Source: Negaprion brevirostris
Lineage: Eukaryota
Assembly (NCBI GenBank): GCA_030324005.1
Contig: JARDVH010000124.1
Span: forward strand, 20,213,825-20,277,824
Reading direction: 5' to 3'
Length of the DNA stretch: 64,000 nt
Position 1 is the stretch's first letter, and every line of letters begins with the position of its first letter. A model generated the notes under the pieces. The model saw only the letters and a list, made by a program, of their open reading frames with translations, was not told where the DNA came from and did no database searches. The position numbers and the translations under genes are program-made. Of this stretch, positions 37,193 through 49,500 are shown piece after piece.

Positions 37193-38093
37193 TGTAGAAA
37201 AACAATGCTAATGGATTGCTGCTGAAGCTTTGTCACATTAATTAACATGCATGATCACTTGCCACAACATTATCCTTCAACATCCCAAAACATTCCATTC
37301 CAAAACTACAGCACTGTTTATATCTTGAAATTATTAAAATACCACAAAATCAATGTTTGGTCCAGCATTTACAAACATTAAGTTGCTTCAGTCAGTTGCA
37401 CGTTTTTCATTCATGGAGAAACTAAGTTGCTGTTTTAATTTAAACAACGCTGTTTCTAACAATTATGCTCTTTGCAATTACCAAACAAGTTAAATGTTCA
37501 TTATTGATCTCACCATTTAATTAATTTGGAAACAACAACTAATTTTTCTGGCACACAAAGGGTACTTAAGGTTTTTTGGTCCCTTAAATCAAAGTTGAGA
37601 TTCATAGCAGCTGCACATAAACACAATTTTTAATTTGTTTACAAGATTTCTAACCATACTTCATCAAATCATTTTCCCAACTTCTTTTTCTGGAATCTAA
37701 GTAGTTCATTTTACAGCTATTTCAAAAACAAAAGAATGCGTGCAAAACTAAAACTCCACTTTGGATTGATGCATCTGTACAGACTCAATGGAACTCTTCT
37801 GCACTGTATGATTCTATAGGCAAATGAGATTTACTTAGAAAGTTTGGGTGTTCTTGATATTACAATTCCGACTGAAACTAATAACTTAAAAAGGGTTGAA
37901 TTTTCCAGCAATTGATGGAAATAACTGAAAGACAAGATGTAATGTTTTAAGACTTTTACTCCAATAAAATAAAACCAACTTCTATTGAATATTATTCAAT
38001 GGGCAATTGATGCAACAAACTAAAGACAAGGTATTTCCGCATTGAGATACATCTTTCAGATTTTTTCATTGTGCATTTTTGACAGATACATAC

Positions 38094-38715
38094 AACATAA
38101 GAGCATAAGAACTAGGAGCAGGAGCAACCATCTGGCCCTTCAACCTGCTCCGCATTCAACAAGATCACGGCTGATCTTTTTGTGGACTCAGCTCCACTTA
38201 CCTGCCCACTCACCACAACCCTTAATTCCTTTACTGTTCAAAAATTTATCTATCCTTGCCATAAAGACTTTCAATGAGGTAGCCTCAACTGCTTCGCTGG
38301 GCAGGAATTCCACAGATTCACAACTCTATGTGAACAAGTTCTTCCTCAACTCAATCCTAAATCCGCTCCCCCTTATTTTGAGGCCATGCCCCACAGTTCT
38401 AGTTTCACCTGCCAGTGGAAACAACTTCCCTGCTTCTATTTTATCAATTAACTTCATAATCTTACATGTTTCTGTAAGATCTCCCCTCATTCTTCTAAAT
38501 TCCAATGAGTATAGCCCCCATCTACTCGGTGTCTCCAACCCTCTCAACTCCGGAATAAACCTAATGAATCTTCTCTGCACCCCCTCCAGTGCCAGTATAT
38601 CCCTTCTCAAGTAAGGAGGCCAAAACTATACACAGTACTCCAGGTGTGGCCTCACCAACACCCTATACAGCTGCAACATAATCTTGTTATTTTTAAACTC
38701 TATCCCTCTAGCAAC
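38094..38715 (-). mobile_element. CR1 3' end, relatively young
   Basis: [47 protein letters not shown]; acataagagcataagaac tail. Confidence 0.92.
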
Positions 38716-39508
38716 AAAATTTAATCCATTGATCGCATTATTTTTAGAAAACCTACAGAAGAAAGAAAACCAGATGCATACACAAAGGAACTATTTTTCT
38801 TTTTGTACTCTGAATTTAAGAAAACAGTTCCTGAAAATGATTGATCTGAAGAACTAGCTTCCATGTGCAATATCTAACAATTCTCCAAAGTAATGTATAC
38901 ACCATACAGTACTAAAGAAAATTGCTATCTAAAATTGAAAATATGTGATTCAGCTATTTTAACTTTACAATTCCACTAACAGCTAATAACTGAAGTAAAT
39001 TATAAATAATTTCTCCACAATACAAATGTTCAAAAGTCAAAATCAAATACTCAAACCAATGCAGAAAATATCTATTCTGAAAAATATCTATGAAGTCTAA
39101 GGTTACCCTAACATATCTCTAGTACAACATATATTCGTTTGCAAATAGAATCACAACATTGTAAGTTCCCAAAACAACATAAATGGAATAATCAAAGATA
39201 TTATTTTAATTCTTCCCGAACACCAAGAACATTATTCTTTAACATTCAATTTTCATTCATCCAAATCTTATCTACATTGCCATAAAACCTTTGATACAAA
39301 TAATGCTATGGTTTGATTACAGATTTCTATTTTTCCCCCATAACATGCGAGCTTATTAATTCAATAACATCCCTCACATGTATTAACTGTATAATGCTTT
39401 AAATAAATATCTGGGTAGGGGTGGAAAGGGATGAATCATAGGTGAAGTAATATCAAAGTGTCAGGAACCATGTATAATTTTAATATTTAGTTTATATTTG
39501 TATTTGTG

Positions 39509-40303
39509 TGTTATGAAAAGTGAACCATGACTCTAGTTTCATTTAGTGTTTTTTATAAGCATGGTGCCAAGAAGTCTGGAGACCATGTTTGTATACATGC
39601 ATTCTTAGTCTGACTTTACAACCCTTGAGGGAAAAAGGGGTTAGTGGTCTAGTGAATTGAACAGGGAAAAGCAACATTGAAAAAACTGTGTTGTTGCTTT
39701 GTGACAGAGATCCAGGGACACACAAAGACACGAAGACAAAAAGACAGTTTAGTCAGTGTGAATGCCAGAGACAGTGAAGGCAGGAGTTCTAAACTCTCAA
39801 GAAAGACTACTTTAGAGAACCCAAGTGTTTTCTCCGAAGTTGAATTAATAGTGAGTTGGGATTGTGGTTTTTGGGTGTCTTAGGAAGAGATGCCACCTGC
39901 AGAAAAGCATTTCGTTCATACTGAGAAATCCATTGGAAGGAAAACAGTTTGCAACTGAGCCAGCCCAAGCAGGTGGCCTTGGTGTTGAGTTAGTGGCAAA
40001 CCTTCAATGAGGTTTTGAGTCCACAAGGATATGGCTGGAATAAACGGGACAGAGAGTTTGAAGCATTTTCTGGTGCTTGCATTGAAATCTATCCAACCTT
40101 TGTGTCTAGTGTAAGACAGTTCATTTTCGTTGCTTCATAAAAGTTTTATTCTTTCTGTTAACTACACTGGCAGAATCTTGTGAGTGCATTCAGTAAATGA
40201 CTTCCACAATTTCTGAAAAAAACAAAGTTAGGATCTGTCAAGCAAGGTTTCACTCTGGGATTTGACTTATCTAGCATTATCAGCTGGATCACAAACGTTA
40301 ACA
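39509..40303 (+). mobile_element. Probable solo LTR
   Basis: TGTTA...TAACA termini; flanks tgtg/agtg (3 of 4 match); 3' end aggtttcactctggga..cagctgga resembles the 3' end of the 11758-13266 LTR. Confidence 0.55.
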
Positions 40304-41498
40304 AGTGGAAACTTAAGAGGCAAAATTGCTTTTGATTCTTGGCCTATAATGATCCTTAAAAATAACTGAATATTCCCTGACTGCCCTGAGTTAGCTACTT
40401 TTAGCCAGGTTAGAAACTGGGGATCATAACTGATCCATGGCCTTGAGAGAAGGGAGAGTCCACAATGGTTTACACATCTGATCCATATATGTCCAGTACA
40501 TCTAAAATCATTTTTGTTTATGGATGCTATGGGTTTCAGTTGTAATGTACCACATCATCATCAACATACATTATCATGATTCCAACATGGATAATGACCA
40601 ACTGGTTGAAACAGTAGAGGATAATTAGAACCTGTAAAACTGAAGTCCAGTACCTTCAAAGGGGATAATGAATTGGTGAGGAAATAAAATTGACCTGAAA
40701 TACACTGTTCCCTGAGGCTACATAGAGGAGAGCAGATTTACATTGAACAGTGATAAAAGGGCAGTCACTGATTAGGAGAGATATGGAGTCCTGGTGAAAG
40801 ATTCCCCCTCAAGGGGTAGAAAGCTTCATCAGTCTGTAGGAAGTTAACCAGTACATCATCCAAGCATCTCCTAACCTTAATAACTAGAAAGTGGGTGGCA
40901 TCCGGAGGAAGCTAGGAGCTCAAACAGTTACATCCAGGCAAGCAAAGAGGTTCATTTAATGTTGACACACAACCAATGAATCATAAGTATTGCATGGCTA
41001 AATAAAAATAAACATCCATCTGAAGTAAAACCAGTTAAATAACTGAAGGAGCCATGCAAAAGTAAACATTCTTAAGTATGCTTGTTATTTCTGGCACTGA
41101 GAAAACTTAGAAGGCAAAAGGCTGAATAGCGTTAAAGATGATTTATGGAGAGTATTCACAGTATCACAGAACCAGCATTGTTACAAAAGGTAAACTCCAT
41201 CCCTTATATTGTGAATTACTCTTTCACATGGTCGTTTGTTTGTCATGAGAACCCTTCAGCTCCCCTTTTTGCTTCTCAGGGCAAGTCAACTACAGGTAGG
41301 CAATTATTGATCAGTACAACTGTTTCCTACAACAATTTGAATTTACATAGCACCTTTAACATAACAAAATGCCCCAAGACTCTTTACAGGGATGTTATAA
41401 AATAAAGTTTGACACTGAGTCATTATAAGAAAGTATTAGGACAGATGACAAAAAGCTTGGTCAAAGAGGTAATTTACAAGGATTATCTTAAACAAGCA

Positions 41499-41499
<1 letters not shown>

Positions 41500-41543
<44 letters not shown>
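41500..41543. repeat. (TG)22 microsatellite
   Basis: Perfect dinucleotide run. Confidence 0.97.
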
Positions 41544-41545
<2 letters not shown>

Positions 41546-41659
41546 CGGAGCAAGAACTGGAAGAGAACTGAAGACTGTAATGCTACAAGTTATAGGGATA
41601 GTAGCAAGCAAAGCCATGAAGGGATTTGAAAATAAAATTAGTATTTTTGTGATTGTTCA

Positions 41660-41843
41660 GATGCTGATGTTGGACTGGGGTGGGCACAGTAAGAAATCTC
41701 AACACTAGTTTAAAGTCTAACAGGTTTACTTGGAATCATGACTTTTCGGAGCGCTGCTCCTTCATCAGGTGAGTGCCTCCAAAAGCTCATGATTCCAAAT
41801 AAACCTGTTGGACTTCAACCTGGTGTTGGGAGCATTCTTACTG
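41660..41843. mobile_element. Penelope terminal-repeat-derived foldback mini-element (family 1)
   Basis: Inverted arms around 41774; flanking direct repeat agtatttttgtg (41640-41651 and 41844-41855). Confidence 0.8.
41735..41773 (-). ncRNA. Minimal type-I hammerhead ribozyme motif, sense to the ATRNL1 pre-mRNA
   Basis: The minus strand reads cucac-CUGAUGA-a-GGAGC-agc-GCUCC-GAAA-ag-UC-augau. Core and stem II are intact; the first pair of stem I is mismatched. Confidence 0.7.
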
Positions 41844-42818
41844 AGTATTTTTGTGGTGTTGATCAGATGAAAGACAACAAAGGTCGACAAGACAAGGGTG
41901 ATAAATGAATAGAATTTGGAATTAGGACAAGTGAAGCAAAGTTTTGGATGACCTCATGTTTATGGAGGGTAGAGTGCAGCAGGCTGGCCAATTCCTGGTG
42001 ATTAAATAGTCAAGTCTAGAGATACCAAAGGCATGGATGAGAATTCAATAGATGAGATGAAGCAAGGGTGACGACAGGCAATGCTACTAAGATGGAAATA
42101 AACAACCTGAACAATGGTATAGATATATGGTCATCGGACCATCTTAGGGTCAAATACAACAGGTACTGAACAGTCTGATTCAGTCTCAAAATAGACAAGA
42201 GGGATGGAATCAGTGGCTACAGGAACAGATAATGTGCCAGAGATCAAAGGCAGTGGGACTTCAGCCTTTCTAATATTTAGTTGCAAGAAATTTCTGCTCA
42301 TCTAGTTGGACGTCATGAAGACACATGGAAGTTGACACTGTTTTGAATAACACTGCCGAGGGGCAACAGGTAAATGAGGGGCAAGGCAAGAAAGATGATG
42401 ATTGGGAGCAGACAACAGTTAACTGACGCTGTAAGTGGTAAGTTGTCTGCTGTATATTGGTTCTATAAATACTGAACTGTTTATGTGACAATCAAATGGG
42501 TGGGAAGGAAGACGACAGACAGAATAAGACGTTCAAGGGAGGAGAATGAAACAGCCTGATACTTAGGATGAGAAAGGAAACGAGCAACGTGGGTGAATAA
42601 AAAGTTCTTACAATGCAGAAACAAGGGAATTTTTGCTGTTTATCATATTTAACTTGAAAACATGCACCATTACATGGGATGAATCTGCAGAGTGTTAACA
42701 TTATTTTTGTAGCCACTTCATAAAAAATGTTACAAAATGGTGCTTGAACAATCAGAATTAATAAGATTTACCAAAATATATCATATTCCAAAGGATAGTT
42801 TTACATAGTCATACATAC

Positions 42819-42973
42819 CAATATCATATGCTAGGAAATCAGCAGAAAAACATTTTGCTCCATTGCTCAGAGATGTGTCATTATGGGTGTTCCCTCCAAA
42901 AATGAGCATCGCCCCACTGATGATGACAGCTGAATGTAGATAACGAGCAAATCCACTTTCCTTGAGGATCGTC
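42819..42973 (-). CDS. ATRNL1: ATRNL1 internal coding exon C (155 bp, phase 2 to 1), kelch repeat
   Basis: Acceptor aaacttag|G, donor ATTG|gtatgt. Encodes TILKESGFARYLHSAVIISGAMLIFGGNTHNDTSLSNGAKCFSADFLAYDI. Confidence 0.96.
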
Positions 42974-43159
42974 CTAAGTTTTTTTAAGGAAAGGAAAATA
43001 GGACATTTTACTAGAAAACTATAGAATATGCAAATTATAGAAAGTACCAAAATATGACCATGAAGCTTTAAAAATAATTGTGTTATTTAGAGATCTATAG
43101 ATTCAATAGTAAATTTCACTGGTAAATAAATTTAAATGCCTCAACAAGGTTGAGAGGTG

Positions 43160-43455
43160 GTTTCATAGTCAAGGCTGGCATTTGTTGCTCTGTGTTCCAA
43201 GGTGGAAGTGGTGGACTTTCTCCCATTTGACACCAAACCACTTTAAATGACAATTAGGCTTGAATCACAGACTAGGCAAGGACAGCAGATATATAGGACA
43301 TTATGATCCAGTTGGATTTTAATGAATATCTGATAGCTTCATGATTATATTTACTACTACCATCTTTGCATTTTAGATTTTATAAACCAAATCCAGCTTC
43401 TTAAGCTGCCATGGTGGGATTTGAACTTACACTCTCTGGATTGTTAATTCAGGAA
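43160..43455 (-). mobile_element. Degraded SINE (28447-type family)
   Basis: gctgccatggtgggatttgaac..ctctggatt; ggcaaggacagcagat. Confidence 0.6.
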
Positions 43456-43864
43456 GAATACTGAACAACAGCACAGGTTAATAGGTTTACTTTCACAAAT
43501 GTTATTCACATTTTCTGTCACCAAACTGAATGAACATATTGAACAGTACAGTACTGTGCTGAGATAACTGAAGCACATGTTTGGCTCAAGTAAAACTGGA
43601 TCAATTCCTGAAACTCTTCGCTAATATTTTTTCACAAATGCTCACACATTAATATATCGACTGGAAACTTTACTAAAAGTCAACCATCATAATTGGGTAA
43701 ACTTTAACTTAAATTGTAGTAAAACTAACAATTAGTGAGAAAAGAAATACAACACCTTGAGCATTTTTATTTTCAGATTTTCTATGCAAACACAGGTGAA
43801 TGTATTTACTTCTTTGTAGTTGCAGTCTTTTATCAGTCATAACACTGTCTTGGAATGAAGAGGG

Positions 43865-44640
43865 TAAAGCCCCACTTTTAACTAATAATCTAGACTAACA
43901 TTTCAGTGCAGAACTGTGCAAGTGCTGCACAGTCGGAGTGATGGACTTTTGAACATGGAGTGAATTCATGTCTTCCCTCTGAAATGGACATAATGAATCT
44001 CAAAGCATATTTGAAGAGGCTGGAAGGTTCTCCATTGTGCTGGGTAACACATATCCCTTAAGTAATAGTGCTAACCACAAATTATCAGGAGAAATAGTTG
44101 CATAGTGGTAATGTTAATGGATTGGTTATCCAGACGCCCAGGCTAATGCTCTGGGGACATGGGTTCCTAAACCACCCCACAGCTGATCAAATTTAATACA
44201 ATAAATCTGGAATTGTAAATCTAGTCTCAGTAATAGTGACCATGGCGACTATCAATGATTGTTCCAAAAATCCATCTGGTTCACGAATACCATTCAGGGA
44301 AAGAAGTCTGCCATCCTTGCTCGGTCTGGCCTACATGTGTCTCCAAACACAAAGTAACGTGGTTGACTTTTAACTGGCCGACAAAATGGCCTAAAACACC
44401 ACTCAGTTCAAGGGTAATTAGAGACGGGCAAAGAAAAAACATAAGCCTTCCCATGAAAGATTAAAACCAAAAGAATCTGCTTATTTATCTCACTTTTGAG
44501 ACATGTCGCTGTGCTCAGATTGCTTCTCATTTTGTCTGTGACACAGTGATTATACTTGAAAAATATTTCACCAGCTTTGGAGCACCTTGGAAGATTCCAA
44601 CAACATGAAGCGTGTTATGTGAATGCAATTGCTGTTTTTA
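43865..44640 (+). mobile_element. Deu-domain SINE split by a 28447-type SINE (~44088-44472)
   Basis: Deu 5' part tttcagtgcagaactgtgcaagtgctgcacagtcggag; resumes with gctgtgctcagattg..gcgtgttatgtgaatgcaa; the insert has gcatagtggtaatgt..ccatctggttcac..gggcaaaga. Confidence 0.7.
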
Positions 44641-45194
44641 CTAACAATATCCATTGAAATAAGTCAGAATTGGCACAATTGGAAGCATCATATACAAGGG
44701 GAAAAAATCAGACTCTCTCAACTCTTTCCTCCAAAAAGTTGATCTGAAAACAAGTTAAAACATTAGAAGTAGGTTTTTATCAATAAACCTGCTTTATAGC
44801 TTCAATGCATAACATTATGTCACACCAGAGAGATGCACAGGAAGTCTCCATTCACAAACGCATATTTAGAAGGCACAGAACACGAACAGCAAAAAAAAAC
44901 TGGTGTAAGCTGATCCACATTTACATTTCTCAATACGTTTTTTGTTACTTTGAAATGTAGGGTTTTTTAATTGATCTCCCTATGGACCATGCTTGTTTAA
45001 TCTTAAATGGTGATGACAATCATTACACAATCTAGTATTGTGTCCATTAATCTGGCAATTGTAACTATGAGCCGCTTTTAGAATCTGATTAACATTTGAG
45101 AAGGAATGGATCTGGAAGTGAAGTCTCCATAATGTTGTGTGCAATTGATAATTTCTTTAGGCAATGATCTTAAATGGAACTTTAGTGTACAAGT

Positions 45195-45430
45195 TTTCTG
45201 TCTGTATGAAGTTTGCAAGTCCTCCTCGTGTCTGCGTGGGTTTCCTCCCACTGTTTAAAAGATGTGCAGGTTAGGTGGATTGGCCATGCTAAATTGGCCC
45301 TTTGTGATAGGGGGACTAGCAGGGTAAAATACATGGGGTTATGGGGAAAGAGTGGAATTATTGTCAATGCAGGCTTCATGGGCCGAGTAGCCTTCTTCTG
45401 CACTGTAGGGAATCTATGATTCTATTATCT
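45195..45430 (+). mobile_element. HE1-type V-SINE, 5'-truncated
   Basis: V-domain and tail ccttctgcactgtagggaatctatgattcta. Confidence 0.88.
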
Positions 45431-45555
45431 AGTATATCCTCTAAACTAAGAATACTTGTCAATAAATCACAGCATTTAGATCTTAGTCGAAGCCAGTAAC
45501 TTTAAAAAATGCAAGAACGAAACCACAAGATGTCAGAAATAATTTTTGAGCATTG

Positions 45556-46157
45556 TTGAAAAAAGACATTTGGATGAAGCTTTTCATTTATCACTCATCA
45601 GGACAATTCCAAGAATACCAATGTTCGGGCAAACAACAGCTTTACATTATATGAGAAGAGGATGCTGATTTGTTGGGTCAGTGGACTGACAGTAAGAGAC
45701 ATTGCCAGGGAGAATTCACCAGTTGATAGTGACTGACAGTTAATGACTTAACATTATTTGAAATTTAAACCAAGCACCTCAACACTGATTTGTCAATGCA
45801 TTGGACTGGACCAACACATGGCTATCAAATATTTGTTTATCTGGATATGAAGACACTCACAAGACCTCCAAATTTCAAGGAGAACAACAAACTACATTAA
45901 TTTATATGCTGGGACCTGTCCCCTGGAGGCAAAAGGTCCGGACACTGCACCTTTATTGAACAGAAAAGGCGTGAGAGCCAATAGCTCTCTGGGGCATGTG
46001 CCATGGTAATGTCTCAATCATTAAGAGCCAACTTGCCAACCAATCAGCAGTCACTTTCTCATGCTGTATAAAATATTGTTCCATTTTATGTTTGGCATTC
46101 TTGTATCTGTTCTGATTAGTGCAAGATATAAAGCTTCAACAAAACTGTCTCTTTGCT
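45556..46157. mobile_element. ~600 bp element with long inverted arms, each holding a degenerate hammerhead motif (Penelope-derived family 2)
   Basis: Left aaagacat..gaagctttt..cactcatcaggaca..caagaatacca..atgagaag..gctgatttgttgg..gagacattgcca is mirrored at right by tggtaatgtctc..ccaaccaatcagc..ttctcat..tggcattcttg..tgttctgattagtg..aaagcttc..tgtctcttt. Confidence 0.7.
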
Positions 46158-46219
46158 AATTTCTTCTTTTGGATCTTGCCTCTATCATCAGGCTGCCTGG
46201 GCTGTACTATTGGACTCAT

Positions 46220-46350
46220 CGGGTGGGATTTTACAGCCTTGCTCAGGTGAGACCGGAAATTCCTACCCGAGGTCAACAGAGATTTCCCTTGTCAGACCCT
46301 CATTCCGCACCGATTCCGGGTCAGGCGAGATGGTAGTGTTCTGGCCATCA
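46220..46350. repeat. Short GC-rich MITE-like repeat
   Basis: gggtgggattttacagcc...ggtagtgttctggcc imperfect termini; GC-rich island in AT-rich intron. Confidence 0.45.
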
Positions 46351-46539
46351 TCTATTGAGCTGTGATGGCTCTCCTTCTACATAGCTTCAACCAGAAGTTT
46401 AATTTTCCGATCTCAGTTTCAGTCTTAGTTTTCTTAGAAACTAGGAGCACCAGTTTCTCTTTCCAATTTGGGTCTGCGTCAAATCAAACTTTAAAACTTG
46501 GTCAACCACCATAAGTCTACAAACTAAAATTGCACACAT

Positions 46540-46575
46540 AGATGGTTTTCCTAAGAGAGATGGTTTTCCTAAGAG
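46540..46575. repeat. Exact 18-bp tandem duplication
   Basis: agatggttttcctaagag twice. Confidence 0.9.
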
Positions 46576-49500
46576 GGATGTTTTGTGTTTGTTTCAAATT
46601 GAACACGTTTTTCCATTTGGGGAATAGCGCAGGATTGTCAGAAGGACTAGCAGACGGGTTACCACCCTGTTCAAACCACTTCATTAATACTTTTTCCAAG
46701 GCAATAAAGTACTGAAATGAGTCCTACATCTGAAGCTTCTGGTCCTTATATGGGGGCACTATCCATCGAGTCTCAAAACTTTTGGAAAAAAGGATTAAAG
46801 ATCAAAATTAGGTGAAAGGTCACAGATGCTGAAAGGCTGGTTGCAATTTTACTAGGTCAATGGAAATAGGCTGGGAAGCAGGAATGCTGGCAAAACGGCA
46901 TAGAAATTTTAGTGGTGGCTTTGCTGAGGTTGCTGAGCTAATGATCCAGTGATTGGACTGGCAGCCCTTGGAGACAGGACTCCATGTTTAATCTGGATGA
47001 CAGCCCCAGCAGTAGGCACTTAATTGGCCACCACTAGGAATACATTTCCATAGGTCCCAGAACCCACTTACACAAGGTCATTTCCTGCTTTCAATTCCAG
47101 CAATGGGACTGTTCTGCTGAAATTCAGCTCTTTAACTCTTCTTCTCGCTTCACATCTGCAATCTTAGAAGGCCAACGAAAACAATTACCGCAAAATCCAA
47201 CTTATTTTGGTATTTTTAGGTAGTCAGCCATACCATGATGGATTTGTTCTGTCATACATAACTTAATATCTCACATGAGCATCTACAAGCTACACTAAAA
47301 ACGTTCTGAATAGTGACCTCCTTCACCCTAAAGTATAAGCCAAAAGAATCTCTGTATGAAGTACGCTCTACAAATTATTTTCCCAACATTCTCAACTCTG
47401 CTTTCCTCATACTATGCCCCATCTTCAACCATGTTGCACTAGTACTAGCTACTAGAATGTCAGACAGCAGCTTGGGATGATTTGCCTTCCAGAAGCAAAA
47501 GCTAAGCAACAAAATAATGTTTTCCTGTGCACTTTCAAAATTACATGAAAAGGTCAGCCCCACAAGGAGAGTGTATACAAAAAAATTTTTAGAAACATAC
47601 AGCCACTGTATAACATTATCCTGGAGCATTCATGAAGGGCAAAGACAAAAGGTTCTGTACTTAAAGTTAACCAGAAGACCACAAATTAATGCCTAATGTT
47701 TGGCAATTTATTAGGTTCAAAGCAACTGAAACATGAAATACATCTAACTGCAACTGGCAGCAGGTCCTTGATTCAGATCCTTAGAAACCTTCCAATAATT
47801 CTTTAGGAATCATTCAACCTTCAGAAGTACCCCTTGTACTTTGCTCTCAGTTTGAAGGAGTTGCAAACTCTTGCAGTGGATGAACAAAGTCACAATCTGC
47901 AATCTCATACATGGTGTGTTTTTGGTCACCAGAAATCCAGCAATACCCAATATTATGACTTTTCTTTCCAATTATGTTCCACCTCTTCCTCTGGTAAGGT
48001 TGGCATTTCGAAGCATAGCAATTGTAAAAGTGCATACCTTATTTCTATGGGTGCTATAGTTAAGCTTTATTGATCATCTTGAAAGAAGGGTACTTCAAAG
48101 CTGTTTAGACTTTAAGGGATTGTGTTCCTTGAGCTTTCAATCTAAAGCTTGATGCTGTGTGTCAAGCAAATCGAAGTCACCAATGTCAAATTGCTACGAA
48201 GCTAGTGGCATTTAAAATGANNNNNCTACCTGAAAATCAACACACATTTTCATAACATTTAGAACAAGCTGAACCTTCAACTGACTATACATTGCCCAAG
48301 GCAAATATTCAACTGAATTAGGAAAATGTTAGTTGGAATATATCTTAAATTCAAAAATCCTACGAGGTGAAAAGAAAAGTTATCATGAGAAGCAACTAAA
48401 GTGGGAGTTTCAGGAGTATTTTTACTCAAAATAAAGTATTTTTCATATTAATAATCATTTAATTATATCATGTGTGTCCTGTTAAGAGTGCATCCTACTG
48501 GTACATAACAAAAAGATTATTGAAGAACTGAGTCAAGTTACTCTCAGATGTTGTTGCTAAAATATACATAATTACTAGCGCAAAAGAAATACTGATTGTG
48601 CATTTAAAAAACATAAGACATGCACACAAGTATAAATCGAAAGACGATGCTCATGAATTAAGAGTTCATTCAAACTGGAAAGGCATTTGAAGCACAGGCA
48701 CAAGACATTTTTTTATTTTCACTTAAATTAATGTATTTTCCTTATTCACCATGAATAAATAAATGATAGCCATATTCAAATTCCAATAACTGTGCACACT
48801 TCCTAACCAAGGAACCTGACCATTTTCCATTAAAAATTTGTAAAATCACTCTGATTTTGCAGTCTTCAGCAAAGGAATGGGGCTTGGTATTCACCACACT
48901 GACTGCTAACCACAGACTTTTATGTGACAACTTGCTATCAGGGGTCTGATCCAGTTCAGCACCCTCTGGGATCTGTGGCATATGCATATGCTGCACTCAG
49001 CCAGTGCGTGGTTGCAAAACTCAGAACATGTGCCCAACATTAGATGTGATTCCGCGAGTGTACTAAGAGTTCCACTAACACCCAATTTAAGATCAGCTGA
49101 GCTCACAACATGACACAAGACACATGCTAGAAACAAAACTGTAGGCCCCAATTCTCAAACAAAAGTAACTGCACCAATTTTAATTAACGAAAAGCATGGA
49201 GAACTAGCTGTTCCATGACGCATTTTCCATGACCAGAATCCATTTGACAACCAAACAGCACCCTTTTAAAAAAACATGCAGTTTGAATTGCCGTTCCCCT
49301 TCAGGTTTAATCTGCTTGCATCTATCCTGATGAATAGCTTCTTTCTTCAGTAATACTCAAAGTTCTGTACAACCAAGTGACGACTTACCATGACATTAAA
49401 AATCAAAGTACACCCAAGTGCATCTAACATTTTCTGCCGTACTTAAGAAGCAACTGCAGCCAAGTATCACACATGCCAGTGATGTTTCTGGAAGCCCTGG

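Larger units (their letters stand above)
41328..42600 (-). mobile_element. L2-clade LINE 3' part with nested microsatellite and foldback element
   Basis: Reversed tail acaacaatttgaatttacatagcacctt..ccccaagactctttacag; the minus frame gives ILIHAFGISRLDY. Confidence 0.75.

Noticed and set aside
38042-38614. 190-aa plus-strand ORF
   Set aside because: It is the antisense frame of a CR1 3' end.
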